From a virus (Duplodnaviria > Caudoviricetes), in IMG/VR virus record IMGVR_UViG_3300037067_006130, positions 22,413 through 86,412 of that record: DNA of 64,000 nt. One strand, 5' to 3'. Shown here one piece after another: positions 17,998-27,608 of the stretch. Positions within the stretch are counted from its first letter, which is position 1, and each line of letters begins with the position of its first letter. Below the pieces are notes generated by a model. It did not search any database, was not told the DNA's origin, and worked only from the letters and a program-made list of their open reading frames with translations. A program made the translations under genes and the position numbers.

Positions 17998-18214
17998 ATG
18001 AAAAAAACAAAAGTCACAACCAACAACGCTAACAGATATTGATGGTAATATATATCCAGTACTTAATTTAGGAATAAAACTTTGGACCGCTACCAATCTA
18101 AGGGTAACAAGATTAAATGATGGTTCAGGTATCTCTAAGGTAACTGATCCGACGACATGGATGGGATTAACAACAAAAGCCTACTGCATTTATAACAATT
18201 TAGAGTTAGGATAA
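17998..18214 (+). pseudogene. Frameshifted, truncated Fib_succ_major (FISUMP)-like ORF
   Basis: ATG 17998 is followed by an A7 tract. Removing one A gives MKKQKSQPTTLTDIDGNIYPVLNLGIKLWTATNLRVTRLNDGSGISKVTDPTTWMGLTTKAYCIYNNLELG*, resembling the FISUMP N-terminus. Confidence 0.65.
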
Positions 18215-18256
18215 CAAATAATTTTTAACTTTGTATAAACTAATACCTTAAAAGTC

Positions 18257-18505
18257 ATGACGATTAAAACGCTTAAGAATGTAGGTGATACGGTATATAC
18301 GTTTCTTGACAATACCCTGACAATCGTTGGTGGTAAAGTGGAGATGATCAATACCGAATCAAGGTCGAATGGTACGACAGTTGAAACTGTTGTTAGGTAC
18401 CACGTAAAAACCGAAACCAACATGGTTTTTAAAGACGAGAAGGACATCTATGCTTCTGCAGAGGAAATCCTTGCAGTAATCAAAACTAACAGTAATCTAG
18501 TTTAA
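18257..18505 (+). CDS. Hypothetical protein (82 aa)
   Basis: ORF with AT-rich leader, in operon. Confidence 0.65.
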   Translation: MTIKTLKNVGDTVYTFLDNTLTIVGGKVEMINTESRSNGTTVETVVRYHVKTETNMVFKDEKDIYASAEEILAVIKTNSNLV

Positions 18506-18516
18506 AAACGACATCT

Positions 18517-19053
18517 ATGGTAAAGACAGACAAGAAGGATGAAAAATCTAAACTACCTGGTCTGATTTTTGTAAGTCCAAGCGACTTGGCAAATATGAAT
18601 CAGGCCATCGAAAAGATGAATGGGCTTAATAGCTCAGACCTTGGGGCGAAACGCGCTAAGCTTCGTCGCTTAATCAAAGAGGACATTGATAGTCTTAACG
18701 ATTTCATGGAAACAACAGAATGGAAACGAATCAATGACCTCTACGAAAAGATTGACGAACAATTTGCTCGTAAGAACGCATCAGGGGATGCTAGGAGGAC
18801 GGAGAAAGGACAGATCCTAATCGATCCTACTAAGATTAAAGAGCGTGAACTTGCCATTGCTAGAATGGAAGAATCCGAACGAGAAGCTGTTGATAAACGT
18901 AAAGAGATTATCAAGGCGTACTATAGTGACATGGATAAGAAAAAGGTGGATATTACCCACTACATTCGTATTCCATTCGATATGTTCCCCAAAGACACAA
19001 CTCCAACCGAAGTAATCGACTGGCTAGATCCAATCATCGATTACGAAGATTAA
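18517..19053 (+). CDS. Hypothetical coiled-coil protein (178 aa), possible tail assembly chaperone
   Basis: Charged helical ORF between tail and lysis genes; function inferred from position only. Confidence 0.55.
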   Translation: MVKTDKKDEKSKLPGLIFVSPSDLANMNQAIEKMNGLNSSDLGAKRAKLRRLIKEDIDSLNDFMETTEWKRINDLYEKIDEQFARKNASGDARRTEKGQILIDPTKIKERELAIARMEESEREAVDKRKEIIKAYYSDMDKKKVDITHYIRIPFDMFPKDTTPTEVIDWLDPIIDYED

Positions 19054-19063
19054 CTAATAGTCT

Positions 19064-19576
19064 ATGCTACCCTACGAAGATAAAATAACCACGGATAAGG
19101 ATAAGTTTCTTGCGAAGCTTTCCATTATCTGTCAAAATCTTGGGATTAAACCGGAATGGTTAATGATCTGTATGGCCATCGAGTCGGCTAAAACATTTCT
19201 TCCAAGTATTCAGAACGCATCAACAGGTGCGACAGGGTTAATCCAGTTTATGCCAAGTACTGCTAAAGGCTTGGGAACTACTTGTGATGCTCTAAAAGGA
19301 ATGAAAAATTATGAACAGCTCGACTGGGTGTTCAAATACTTCAAGCCATGGACTGGCAAGATGAGATCCTTCACGGATGTTTATCTTGTCATTTTTTATC
19401 CTATGGCCGTAGGGAAACCTGATAGTTATCCTTTAGGGTTAACACCTGAACAGCAACATATCATTGCTAAGTATAATCCTGCATACGATATTAATAAAGA
19501 CGGAATGATACAGAAAAGCGAGATTAAAGAGATCGTTTCCAAGTTCATTCCGACTGCTTGGAAAGACAAAGTTTAA
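19064..19576 (+). CDS. Endolysin, lytic transglycosylase (SLT/lysozyme-like)
   Basis: MAIES catalytic Glu and GATGLIQFMPSTA motif; adjacent to a TM protein. Confidence 0.85.
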   Translation: MLPYEDKITTDKDKFLAKLSIICQNLGIKPEWLMICMAIESAKTFLPSIQNASTGATGLIQFMPSTAKGLGTTCDALKGMKNYEQLDWVFKYFKPWTGKMRSFTDVYLVIFYPMAVGKPDSYPLGLTPEQQHIIAKYNPAYDINKDGMIQKSEIKEIVSKFIPTAWKDKV

Positions 19577-19593
19577 CCCTAAAAAACAATTTT

Positions 19594-19851
19594 ATGAAGT
19601 TAAGTGCAAAACACGTATTTGAAGAGTGGGTATCAACCATATTTGGTTGTCTTATTCTTGCTTTCGACCTAATCTATATCGGAAAATTGGTATGGTTTAC
19701 ACCCGAAATTGTAACGATGGGGCAGATTGGGATGACTGTTGCTCTCGGTGCTGTTGGTATAATCTTTGTTTTCGTCAAGATTGACGCAATCATAAGATTC
19801 CTACCAAGAGGTGCTGAAGGAGGACAGCCATCAGAAGATTTGCCCAAATAA
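19594..19851 (+). CDS. Putative holin (2 TM helices)
   Basis: Two hydrophobic segments, directly after the endolysin; ATG 19594 preferred over the overlapping start at 19558. Confidence 0.6.
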   Translation: MKLSAKHVFEEWVSTIFGCLILAFDLIYIGKLVWFTPEIVTMGQIGMTVALGAVGIIFVFVKIDAIIRFLPRGAEGGQPSEDLPK

Positions 19852-20037
19852 TTGAATTATGCCTGTCAACAAGATAAGATTAAGTGTAGGGGTAGGTTTA
19901 CTGTTTTGGTCAAGACCAACCAATTATGCCTCTTCATCATTTTCTTATCTTGCTGATAAGGATTCACAACGGCCATATCAATCATGATGCTCAAGTAGAA
20001 CGATTATTTATTCCATTGCTCGTAAAAAAAGTGTAAT

Positions 20038-20068
20038 AAAAAACCCCTCAAATGAGGGGCTTTTTTTT
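20038..20068. terminator. Bidirectional Rho-independent terminator
   Basis: A6-CCCCTC-AAAT-GAGGGG-C-T8 between convergent gene blocks. Confidence 0.85.
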
Positions 20069-20579
20069 ATCTTCTTTCGTTACCGCATTTATCGCATACC
20101 CATTTCTTATACTCATCCCTATACTTATAATCAGGAATAGTACAATCACAGAATGTTATTTCACTAAACTTAGAAGGATCTCGTTTCTTCCAACCGAAAA
20201 TCTCAGAGTCATGGATTACGTTCATCTGAATACCCTTATTATCCCAATCGGTAATAACAGGTAGATTAATTGGTGTGATACCATCCCAAATTAGAGGGAA
20301 TACCTCGTCACCCATCTCAAGTTTGATATCAGGTTGTGCAGTATCAACATTGAAGTCTTGTGATGCCTTAACCACGTAATATCTTCTTGATTCTATCTTA
20401 ACAGGATTCTGATTGTGATCCTTAGTAAGATTAAAGTCAGGAATGATAAACCCTTTATCGGTCTTTAAATCACCTACTGCAGTAGAAATGATTAGGGCGC
20501 GATGCTGGCCGGGATTAATAGTAGTCTTAGGGATTAAGACCTCTATCTGTTTTTTTTCTAGATCTTTATTCTCTTTCAT
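20067..20579 (-). CDS. GroES-like co-chaperonin with C-terminal Cys4 extension
   Basis: INPGQHRALI..KTDKGFIIP..YYVVKA..MGDEV..IHDSEIFG follows the GroES pattern; C-terminal CDC...CDKC. Confidence 0.55.
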   Translation of the reverse strand: MKENKDLEKKQIEVLIPKTTINPGQHRALIISTAVGDLKTDKGFIIPDFNLTKDHNQNPVKIESRRYYVVKASQDFNVDTAQPDIKLEMGDEVFPLIWDGITPINLPVITDWDNKGIQMNVIHDSEIFGWKKRDPSKFSEITFCDCTIPDYKYRDEYKKWVCDKCGNERR

Positions 20580-20596
20580 TTTTTATTTTTTACGGA

Positions 20597-20911
20597 TTAG
20601 ATAATTCCATCAAGTTTCTCAGAAATATATCGTAACCTATCTTTAAGGACAAGTAATGATCTAATATTTCCTTCAAGCAAATCTACGAAACAATTTGGAT
20701 CTTTCGATTTTCCTTCCTTAATGTCTCTATCCTCGGGTTTAGGCTCTCGGATATCCTGAATCTTACAAATCTTTAGTAAGATATCATTGGTGTGTTGATG
20801 ACAAATATCCATGTTAGCATCAAGTTCTCGGTAAAGTTCCTCGAGCACTGCTGGTTTTTTTTCACATTTTTCTTCCATAAAATTATTGTTTAGGTTTAGT
20901 TGAAAAATCAA
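20597..20911 (-). CDS. Hypothetical protein (likely start 20878)
   Basis: Helical ORF in operon. Confidence 0.55.
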   Translation of the reverse strand: MIFQLNLNNNFMEEKCEKKPAVLEELYRELDANMDICHQHTNDILLKICKIQDIREPKPEDRDIKEGKSKDPNCFVDLLEGNIRSLLVLKDRLRYISEKLDGII

Positions 20912-21755
20912 ACATGTAGGTTAAATCCCAAAAGTAATCATCGCTTAGGATTCTCCGTATCTCTTCGATACGTTTTTTCGCATCATCAAATGGTATATGC
21001 CCTGTACCTACGGATTCCTTGATCTTTTTGATGATCATATCCATCTGTACGTATGGTCGTATATCGATTGAATACTTTCTAAGGCTATCATCGTAGTACT
21101 TACACTCCTTAAAGAACGTGTGCATTTCGGAGAAATGCTTACAGCCAAAAAATCCTTTTGCTGCAGAGAGAGGTGATGGGTGTACCGATTCAAGGATAAG
21201 ATGATGCTTTCCTTTTATCAGGTGTTTTAACCCTCGAGCGTTGTTTCCCCAAAGTAGGAATACAATCGGTCTTTCCTCTTGTCCTAGTTTTTCAATGACC
21301 AGGGATGTTAAATCCTCCCAACCTTTGCCTTGATGCGAGTTAGGTTTGTCCTTCTCAACGGTCATGACTGTGTTCATTAATAGTATGCCTTGTTTTGCCC
21401 AATTTTCAAGCGAATTGGATGGCATAAAGTCTTTCCACGTTGGTTCGGCCATATAAGAGTATAGATTACTCTTAAGCTCTTTAAAGATGTTTCTAAGGCT
21501 ATCCGGTGTAGTGGTACTTCGGGATGAAAAAGCAAGTCCATCTGCAGTACCATTGTAGTAAGGATCCTGCCCAACGATAACCGCCTTGATGTGACGGTAA
21601 GGACAGGTTTCTTCCTTGAATACTCGCATCATATCCTTCTTATCAGGATAGACCGTAGTAAAGGAACGCTGTTCCTCTACGAATCGTTTAAGCGCTAATC
21701 CTTTTTCGCTATGCAAAAATGGGGCGACGATATCAGTCCAATCGGTAGGTTTCAT
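20883..21755 (-). CDS. ung: Uracil-DNA glycosylase, family 1
   Basis: GQDPY, GLAFS, LLMN and HPSPLS motifs. Confidence 0.95.
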   Translation of the reverse strand: MKPTDWTDIVAPFLHSEKGLALKRFVEEQRSFTTVYPDKKDMMRVFKEETCPYRHIKAVIVGQDPYYNGTADGLAFSSRSTTTPDSLRNIFKELKSNLYSYMAEPTWKDFMPSNSLENWAKQGILLMNTVMTVEKDKPNSHQGKGWEDLTSLVIEKLGQEERPIVFLLWGNNARGLKHLIKGKHHLILESVHPSPLSAAKGFFGCKHFSEMHTFFKECKYYDDSLRKYSIDIRPYVQMDMIIKKIKESVGTGHIPFDDAKKRIEEIRRILSDDYFWDLTYMFDFSTKPKQ

Positions 21756-22096
21756 ACAAAAAGGTATTTAAGCCAAGCGTAATGCTTGCGTTTATACGCA
21801 TAGGAACCATCTCTTTCAAACTTATAGGCTTCCTGCTCGAATGATAACTTCATGTAAGCACCTTTACCGTACTTGATGAATTTAATCAGGTACTCGATAA
21901 TATACCAAGCATAGAAGAAGATGATTAACATCTCAAGCTGTTGTTTCCAATGAATCTCTTCGTGGAATAAGGTTACGATACTACCTTCTGGTTTCGAGTA
22001 TATTCCGAATGGAGCAATGGTAATCGCTACAACATTCGCGGGAAGTATCCATATCATCCAGTTCGGCATATGGTGGAACTTACTAATAGTACTCAT
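21752..22096 (-). CDS. Small HExxH zincin-like protein
   Basis: AITIAPFGIY...HEEIHWKQQ...SFEQEAY. Confidence 0.65.
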   Translation of the reverse strand: MSTISKFHHMPNWMIWILPANVVAITIAPFGIYSKPEGSIVTLFHEEIHWKQQLEMLIIFFYAWYIIEYLIKFIKYGKGAYMKLSFEQEAYKFERDGSYAYKRKHYAWLKYLFV

Positions 22097-22397
22097 CGGG
22101 ATCTACTCTTTTAGCGTTGATTGACTGGTATCCTAGTATCTTTCCCACATCAATTCGTTTGATGCGAAAATTCTGCTTGAAATGAACTATCTTCTCAGCA
22201 GTTCTCATTCCTTTACCAACACAACGGCTAGTGATGAAGGACATATCCACATCGTTATCCAAAAACTCTTGGATTGTCGTGCTGGTCGATGGTATTTCCA
22301 TAGAGAATAGTTCCTTCTCCGTAATGGTATTACCCCTCTTGGTAATCTCACATACGGTCACATTGTTGTAATAAATCGGTTTTCCTTGGTCCATCAC
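22083..22397 (-). CDS. Hypothetical protein (104 aa)
   Basis: ORF in operon. Confidence 0.55.
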   Translation of the reverse strand: MMDQGKPIYYNNVTVCEITKRGNTITEKELFSMEIPSTSTTIQEFLDNDVDMSFITSRCVGKGMRTAEKIVHFKQNFRIKRIDVGKILGYQSINAKRVDPDEYY

Positions 22398-22542
22398 ATT
22401 CTATTAAGTGTTCACCAATATTAAATAATCCTCTCTTAACAATTTGGTCGCAAAGCCTACACCGATACACATCGGTTTCATGGATATAGTCGATATCACT
22501 TGTAACCGTGAGTAGTTCTAAATCCTTGATTGATGCAGACAT
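22348..22542 (-). CDS. Small putative Zn-finger protein
   Basis: CRLC...HLIEC. Confidence 0.45.
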   Translation of the reverse strand: MSASIKDLELLTVTSDIDYIHETDVYRCRLCDQIVKRGLFNIGEHLIECDGPRKTDLLQQCDRM

Positions 22543-22866
22543 TTACGCTTCTTTAATCTGTTCCGCTTTAAGCAAGGCATCTGCTTCAGATTCCTCAACA
22601 AGACTTGCCTTTAACCTTACGTTTATGCTATACCGGGCACAGAGCCAAAGAATATCTCGCTGAGTCGGAAATCCTAGAACAGGAACATCGTTATTCAGGT
22701 ATCGGGATAACTTTTCTTTGGTAATCGTTTTCATCCCCCTTTCATTGGCATCCTTCACCACATCGGAAGGTTTTAGGTTCTTTCCCTTGAATACCAGTTT
22801 AAGGTACTCCTTAATGGTTAAACTGTATAGTACAATGTCAACCTTTTTTTGCTCGTTCGAACTCAT
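22543..22866 (-). CDS. HTH-like DNA-binding protein
   Basis: XRE-like pattern (LKPSDVV...ITKEKLSRYLN...PTQRDILWLC). Confidence 0.55.
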   Translation of the reverse strand: MSSNEQKKVDIVLYSLTIKEYLKLVFKGKNLKPSDVVKDANERGMKTITKEKLSRYLNNDVPVLGFPTQRDILWLCARYSINVRLKASLVEESEADALLKAEQIKEA

Positions 22867-22969
22867 TTTCTCGGATTATAATTTGATGTTTAACAGCATA
22901 TTCTCTAAACCTTGGATCATAAGCATCCCTTAGGGTTATTATATCACGACGTTCATCGTGGTTTATAGC

Positions 22970-23446
22970 TCATTTTCGGGTTAGTCTTATCTTGTCAATA
23001 TGATACATCTCGTAGTCCTTAACGATTATCCCAAAGTTTTCCTCGAGATACCATATAAGGTCAGTAAGGTATAGGGCGAAATTTGCCTGATCGTAGGATA
23101 GAACATCCTCAACAGCATTCTCGGCTCTAACTCCTGTATTACCCTCTAAAGGGGCGAGTAGTTTAACGTAGGAACGAAGTTTGGAAGCAAACATGTAGTG
23201 CAACTCCATCTCGTTAAAATAGGTTTTAAATGCCTCTGACGACATGACCTCTTTTCGGATGATAATTCCGAAGTAGAACGCATAAAGGTCAGGAGTAACT
23301 GGTTGCGAAACATCGTCAAACGTAACGGTAATGGTCTTTCCCTTGTACGCATTACACGCATGAAGAAAAGCGGTTTGATTCAAGAAGTGTAGGGAATTAT
23401 TCTCTATCTTTGCTCTCAGTTTAGGTTTTCTGTTGATAATTGCCAT
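22970..23446 (-). CDS. NinB/YbcN-like recombination protein
   Basis: FYFGII...ELHYMF...FALYL..I..L...FGI pattern. Confidence 0.55.
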   Translation of the reverse strand: MAIINRKPKLRAKIENNSLHFLNQTAFLHACNAYKGKTITVTFDDVSQPVTPDLYAFYFGIIIRKEVMSSEAFKTYFNEMELHYMFASKLRSYVKLLAPLEGNTGVRAENAVEDVLSYDQANFALYLTDLIWYLEENFGIIVKDYEMYHIDKIRLTRK

Positions 23447-23476
23447 TGTCGATGAGTTAGTTTAAGGGTTAGTAGT

Positions 23477-23512
23477 AAATCCCCCATCGGATGATTCCTT
23501 TGGGGGATTTTT
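23477..23512. terminator. Hairpin / probable terminator
   Basis: AAATCCCCCA-N14-TGGGGGATTT followed by T's. Confidence 0.55.
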
Positions 23513-23525
23513 AATACTAGGGGCG

Positions 23526-24491
23526 TTAACCCCAGCTGTCACTACCTGCGTTTCCCTCTTGTTCGGGTTCGTTCCCTTCACCATCTTTAGGTTCTAGGTA
23601 ATCCTCCAAGCGGTGCCCTTGTGCCTTAAACTCATCTGACTGGGCGACTATCTTCATTACCCATCCGGGTAGCATCTTAAACTTCTCTTTATCCCACTCG
23701 TTGATATCGAAGATAAACTTTTCCTTCTTAGTCTTAGGAAGAGGCATCCCTTTAGGAAGGGTAGTAATACCAACTAGGTTAGTATATGACTTACCGTTCT
23801 TTCCGGGTTTTGTTTCAATCGTGATCAGCGCTGTTTTCCCAACCATCATTGCCACATCGAAATTCTTAATCTTCTCTTTATCTATTACACCACCACTCCA
23901 AGGATTAAGTAACTTTAAAAGGTTACCCTTTGGGGATGGAGTAAAGGTAATCTGATGGCTAATAACATGAGATTTTGTAATCTCTTCACCGTCTTTTTCG
24001 TAGGTGTATTCCTCACCGGGGATATCAAAGAATATCCTGATGTAAAGTGATTTGCTTTTCTTGCCCTGGAAATCCTTTTCTAAGGTTCCGACAATAGCGA
24101 TTCCATAGCACACTGCGGCGTATGGAGCGTTTGGTAAACTCTTAAAGTCCACCCCTGATGATTCAGGTACTTTTGTACTCATGGTTTTTTTTCTTTTTAC
24201 GTTAACTTTTGGTAGTGATATTTTGTTGTTCAAAATTACAATTTTATTTAGTTTCTCCAAAGAGATTCCCTTGTATTTTTTAGCAACTTTAATTTTCTTT
24301 TTTTTTCTAACAGCCTTAAATAATTCTTTGACCTTCCGTTTATAGTCAGGTCTAGGGGATAACGTTCCAAGTCCGGGAACCTTCACATCTAAACCGATAG
24401 CGAAATTCCGAAAAGTAAAGAGTCTGCTTACTAGGAATTCAGCAAACTCTTTCTCTTCAGGGTTCAATTTACGATTTGACGACTTTGACAT
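23526..24491 (-). CDS. ssDNA-binding/replication protein (probable true start 24182) with an in-frame HU-like basic N-terminal extension
   Basis: From MSTKV onward: OB-like phage SSB pattern with acidic tail (EPEQEGNAGSDSWG). N-terminal part has VKVPGLGTL (HU-like) and a Lys-rich linker containing a promoter. Confidence 0.6.
   Translation of the reverse strand: MSKSSNRKLNPEEKEFAEFLVSRLFTFRNFAIGLDVKVPGLGTLSPRPDYKRKVKELFKAVRKKKKIKVAKKYKGISLEKLNKIVILNNKISLPKVNVKRKKTMSTKVPESSGVDFKSLPNAPYAAVCYGIAIVGTLEKDFQGKKSKSLYIRIFFDIPGEEYTYEKDGEEITKSHVISHQITFTPSPKGNLLKLLNPWSGGVIDKEKIKNFDVAMMVGKTALITIETKPGKNGKSYTNLVGITTLPKGMPLPKTKKEKFIFDINEWDKEKFKMLPGWVMKIVAQSDEFKAQGHRLEDYLEPKDGEGNEPEQEGNAGSDSWG
24231..24261 (-). 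promoter_or_regulatory. Bacteroidota sigma70 promoter
   Basis: TTTG-N19-TAATTTTG on the minus strand, ~50 nt upstream of ATG 24182. Confidence 0.75.
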
Positions 24492-25488
24492 TGTTGAAGA
24501 ATTTAACGCCTTTAATCGCTTCTACGCTCTCATGGGTAGCAAGCATCTGTTTCAGTTCCTCACGATGGGTAGCAAGGTAATCGTCAACCTTCTTTTCATC
24601 CAAACAGAGATAGGTCAATGGTACTTTGGTGATATCGATTAGTTCATAATCAATGGTCTTACGAGTACCCTTCATTACCGACTGAACACTTTTACCAATG
24701 GTTTTAACTTGCAGTTTATTCTCTTTCTCGAGTTGTTTAATCTCCTTCTTCAGCTCTACCTGAAACTTCTCTTCGAGTTTAATCTTGCCAAGGTTAAAGT
24801 CATACCCAGTTCCTTTCAAGCCAATCTCTATCTCGTTGATTGATTGAATGGCCAGTTCCTTTGCCATGATAACATTCGCTGCGAATTTACCAAAGGTATC
24901 GGGATTAGGAAACTTTTCCTCGAATACCTTTCGCATATGCTGTGCGGCTTCAACACTATTAAGTTGGGTGAATAGGGTTTCTTTTCCACCAACAACAGCG
25001 CTACCACCGAATATCCTGCATACGCTAATAACGCATAGCTTCTCTAGCTTATCAAAGTTATCCTTGTTCTGCTTAAACTCGTTGCTGACATCTTCAAGCT
25101 GCTTATTCGCGGCTTCCTTAACCTTTTCAGCCTCCATTGTTTTGTAGTTAAGGATTTTGTTTCCGGCTATCTCAAGGTTCTTGGTAAGCGGAGAAACAAA
25201 TGCATTGAAGTAGGACTGAATTCGATTGGCTGTTTCGGTGAACGGTGCTTTTAGTTCTGCCGAAAACTTGACAATCTCATCCTGTATTTCCTTCCCCCGA
25301 TTAAAGGTCATCTGTGCTGAATTAAGGGATATCTCATCCTCAACCTTAAGTTCTAGCAGGTTCTTTTCAACCTCTTCCTTCTTAACGCGAAAGGGAGTAA
25401 AAGATTTACTCACCTCTTCAGCGTCAAAAGTGTACTTCGTTAGTTTTGTACTTGCTTTTTCTGTCATATACGTATAGTTAAAATTCAA
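24469..25488 (-). CDS. Coiled-coil phage protein (Gp157/Gam-like C-terminus)
   Basis: Long coiled coil; C-terminal YELIDITKVP..YL.LDEKK...IKGVKF. Confidence 0.45.
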   Translation of the reverse strand: MNFNYTYMTEKASTKLTKYTFDAEEVSKSFTPFRVKKEEVEKNLLELKVEDEISLNSAQMTFNRGKEIQDEIVKFSAELKAPFTETANRIQSYFNAFVSPLTKNLEIAGNKILNYKTMEAEKVKEAANKQLEDVSNEFKQNKDNFDKLEKLCVISVCRIFGGSAVVGGKETLFTQLNSVEAAQHMRKVFEEKFPNPDTFGKFAANVIMAKELAIQSINEIEIGLKGTGYDFNLGKIKLEEKFQVELKKEIKQLEKENKLQVKTIGKSVQSVMKGTRKTIDYELIDITKVPLTYLCLDEKKVDDYLATHREELKQMLATHESVEAIKGVKFFNNVKVVKS

Positions 25489-27367
25489 ACTCCATTTGTT
25501 CTGTTTTATCCTTTAATGCATCCTCTAGCGGATCGAACCCATCCTTATCCTCAAACCGATTACTTCTTCGGTTAAAAGTTAGCAGTACTGGGCTCTCTCT
25601 CGGCGTAGGTACTCCTGTTGTTTTATGATGCTTTACTTTCTGTACGTGCACCTCAACATCAGTATTCTGAAAGTCATCACTTGACCTATGAAAGCAAAGA
25701 ATCTCATACATCTTCTTCGACCAGGCACCACCACCCTCGATGTCAAACATGGAAGGTGCATTGTAGATCTTCGTGGAAGTCTTTTCTGGTGTTGGTGGAT
25801 GAACCCCGATAAGAACCATCGTGTTATTGTTGGTCGCAAATCGGTTGATATTCGATAACCTTTTCTTTAGGTAGTCATCAATGTTATAGTGTGATTCCCT
25901 ACGATGGTCAAGTGAATTCCATGGATCGAAAGAGCATACCCGAACGCCATACCGTTTTACCGCATTGGCGAAGATAGAAAGGATTTTCTTCACGGAATAC
26001 CCCTCATCGGTTTTATCCTCGATAAGATAGATATTATTCTTGATGAACTCTGCTCCACGTTGGTACTCTATCATATTCATCCGATCACTCGCATCTGCCT
26101 TTGCTGACTTACCGATGTATATCTCGATTAGGTGTTCGAATACCTGTTCTACCGGATAGTTCTCGGGGGTGTAGCAAATGCTTTTCCACTTATAAACCAC
26201 TGCGAAGTAAACGAAACAGTAAAGTATCCATGATGTCTTGCCCATTGTTGGGTAACCATTCACTGCAATTGAATGGCCAAGATGCCACGAAAAATGTGGA
26301 TCAAGGGATGGGAATCCAGTGGACATGCCATGAGTAAACACTTTATCATAGTTGGCCATGAGCTGATCGTAAACTTGATCGGCTGAGATGATTTCCTGTA
26401 CTGGAAAGTACTCTGCCGTATCAACAGTCTTGAGCAGTTCTTTCGGACCATGAAACATAAGCACATCATTCCCGTCCTTACATGGTTCACCATTCTCTTT
26501 TTTCCAAATGGAAAATTTGATGTATCTACACTTGTCCTTTCCTAATCTACGAGCCAACTCCTCACGAAGTTTTATACCTGCAGGATCATCATCGGTTGCA
26601 ATGATTATCTCAGGTATTTCATCGAATAAGTCGATATGCGCATCAAGATAGGTCAGATTTAACGGTTTAAATTCTGTCAACTTACCTGTCGCCTTAAATA
26701 TCTCAAGTTCCTTTGGTGATATTGTCGCACCATTCGGAACAGAAACGACTGCGGTAAAAGTTGCCTCATGGTAGGACATACAATCAATATACCCTTCAGT
26801 AATAACTGCCTGTTTAATCCCTTTACCCTTCAGCGCATCGATATTAAAGAGAATCTTTTCCGCTTTCGGTTCCATCGAGAAATTCTTATCCTGATCCCTG
26901 TACTGAACGTTGATTAGTTTGTTATCGTTAAGCAAAGGGAAGGCAATACAGCTTCGTTCTACCCATTGACCTCTCTCAGCATCCTTATTCGTATGAATCT
27001 GTAGAATCTTCTTATTAGCCTGTTTAATGCGAAAGTAGTCTACGGTTGCCTTGGATATCCTTCTAGAGTTAAAGAATTTGTAAATACCATCAGTAACAAT
27101 CTTACCTGGTGGGGAGTAGGTTAATGGTTTAATCTTATCCTCAATATCCTTGTCGGTATGAAGATACCCTCCTTCGCCACAATGGTTACAACGCCAAACC
27201 ATCTCCTGAATGTTTACTGCGAATTTTTGTTCGCCACGATGTTCGGGTTTACGGTGCATGGTGCAGATAGGACACACCATGTACCGTTCCCCGCTTGTAT
27301 CAGATTTTGCGTGTAGAGCAACATCAAGCTCTATCATTCCTATTGAGGTAAATATCTTATACTTCAT
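25478..27367 (-). CDS. DNA primase-helicase (T7 gp4/Twinkle-like)
   Basis: Zn finger CPIC...CNHC, TOPRIM ITEGYID and ATDDD, helicase Walker A GYPTMGKT. Confidence 0.92.
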   Translation of the reverse strand: MKYKIFTSIGMIELDVALHAKSDTSGERYMVCPICTMHRKPEHRGEQKFAVNIQEMVWRCNHCGEGGYLHTDKDIEDKIKPLTYSPPGKIVTDGIYKFFNSRRISKATVDYFRIKQANKKILQIHTNKDAERGQWVERSCIAFPLLNDNKLINVQYRDQDKNFSMEPKAEKILFNIDALKGKGIKQAVITEGYIDCMSYHEATFTAVVSVPNGATISPKELEIFKATGKLTEFKPLNLTYLDAHIDLFDEIPEIIIATDDDPAGIKLREELARRLGKDKCRYIKFSIWKKENGEPCKDGNDVLMFHGPKELLKTVDTAEYFPVQEIISADQVYDQLMANYDKVFTHGMSTGFPSLDPHFSWHLGHSIAVNGYPTMGKTSWILYCFVYFAVVYKWKSICYTPENYPVEQVFEHLIEIYIGKSAKADASDRMNMIEYQRGAEFIKNNIYLIEDKTDEGYSVKKILSIFANAVKRYGVRVCSFDPWNSLDHRRESHYNIDDYLKKRLSNINRFATNNNTMVLIGVHPPTPEKTSTKIYNAPSMFDIEGGGAWSKKMYEILCFHRSSDDFQNTDVEVHVQKVKHHKTTGVPTPRESPVLLTFNRRSNRFEDKDGFDPLEDALKDKTEQMEFEF

Positions 27368-27606
27368 TAAAGTATTGGTTTTAAGATATTAATAAGATCG
27401 TAGAAAGTACCCTCGAAAATAACATCCTTATCCTCTAGTATTCTGATGTGTGTTTGTTTTCGTCTATGATAGGCATTACCATCTCCCTCGAAGTCATCGA
27501 AAGTAATCCTATTTATACTGTATTCTGGTCTTACCTCTACGAATCCGACTTCCTTGAAGTTAGATAGAGTTTTTCCTTGAATTCCTTGTGTTCTTATGTT
27601 AAGCAT
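27367..27606 (-). CDS. Hypothetical protein (79 aa)
   Basis: ORF in operon. Confidence 0.55.
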   Translation of the reverse strand: MLNIRTQGIQGKTLSNFKEVGFVEVRPEYSINRITFDDFEGDGNAYHRRKQTHIRILEDKDVIFEGTFYDLINILKPIL

Positions 27607-27608
27607 AG

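Noticed and set aside
13652-18214. Diversity-generating retroelement acting on the tail fibre or FISUMP gene
   Set aside because: No reverse transcriptase in the window and no TR/VR pair differing only at adenines was seen; the fibre repeats differ at synonymous sites of all bases
19859-20030. Possible spanin or small ORFs after the holin
   Set aside because: Only short ORFs without a lipobox or convincing TM segment
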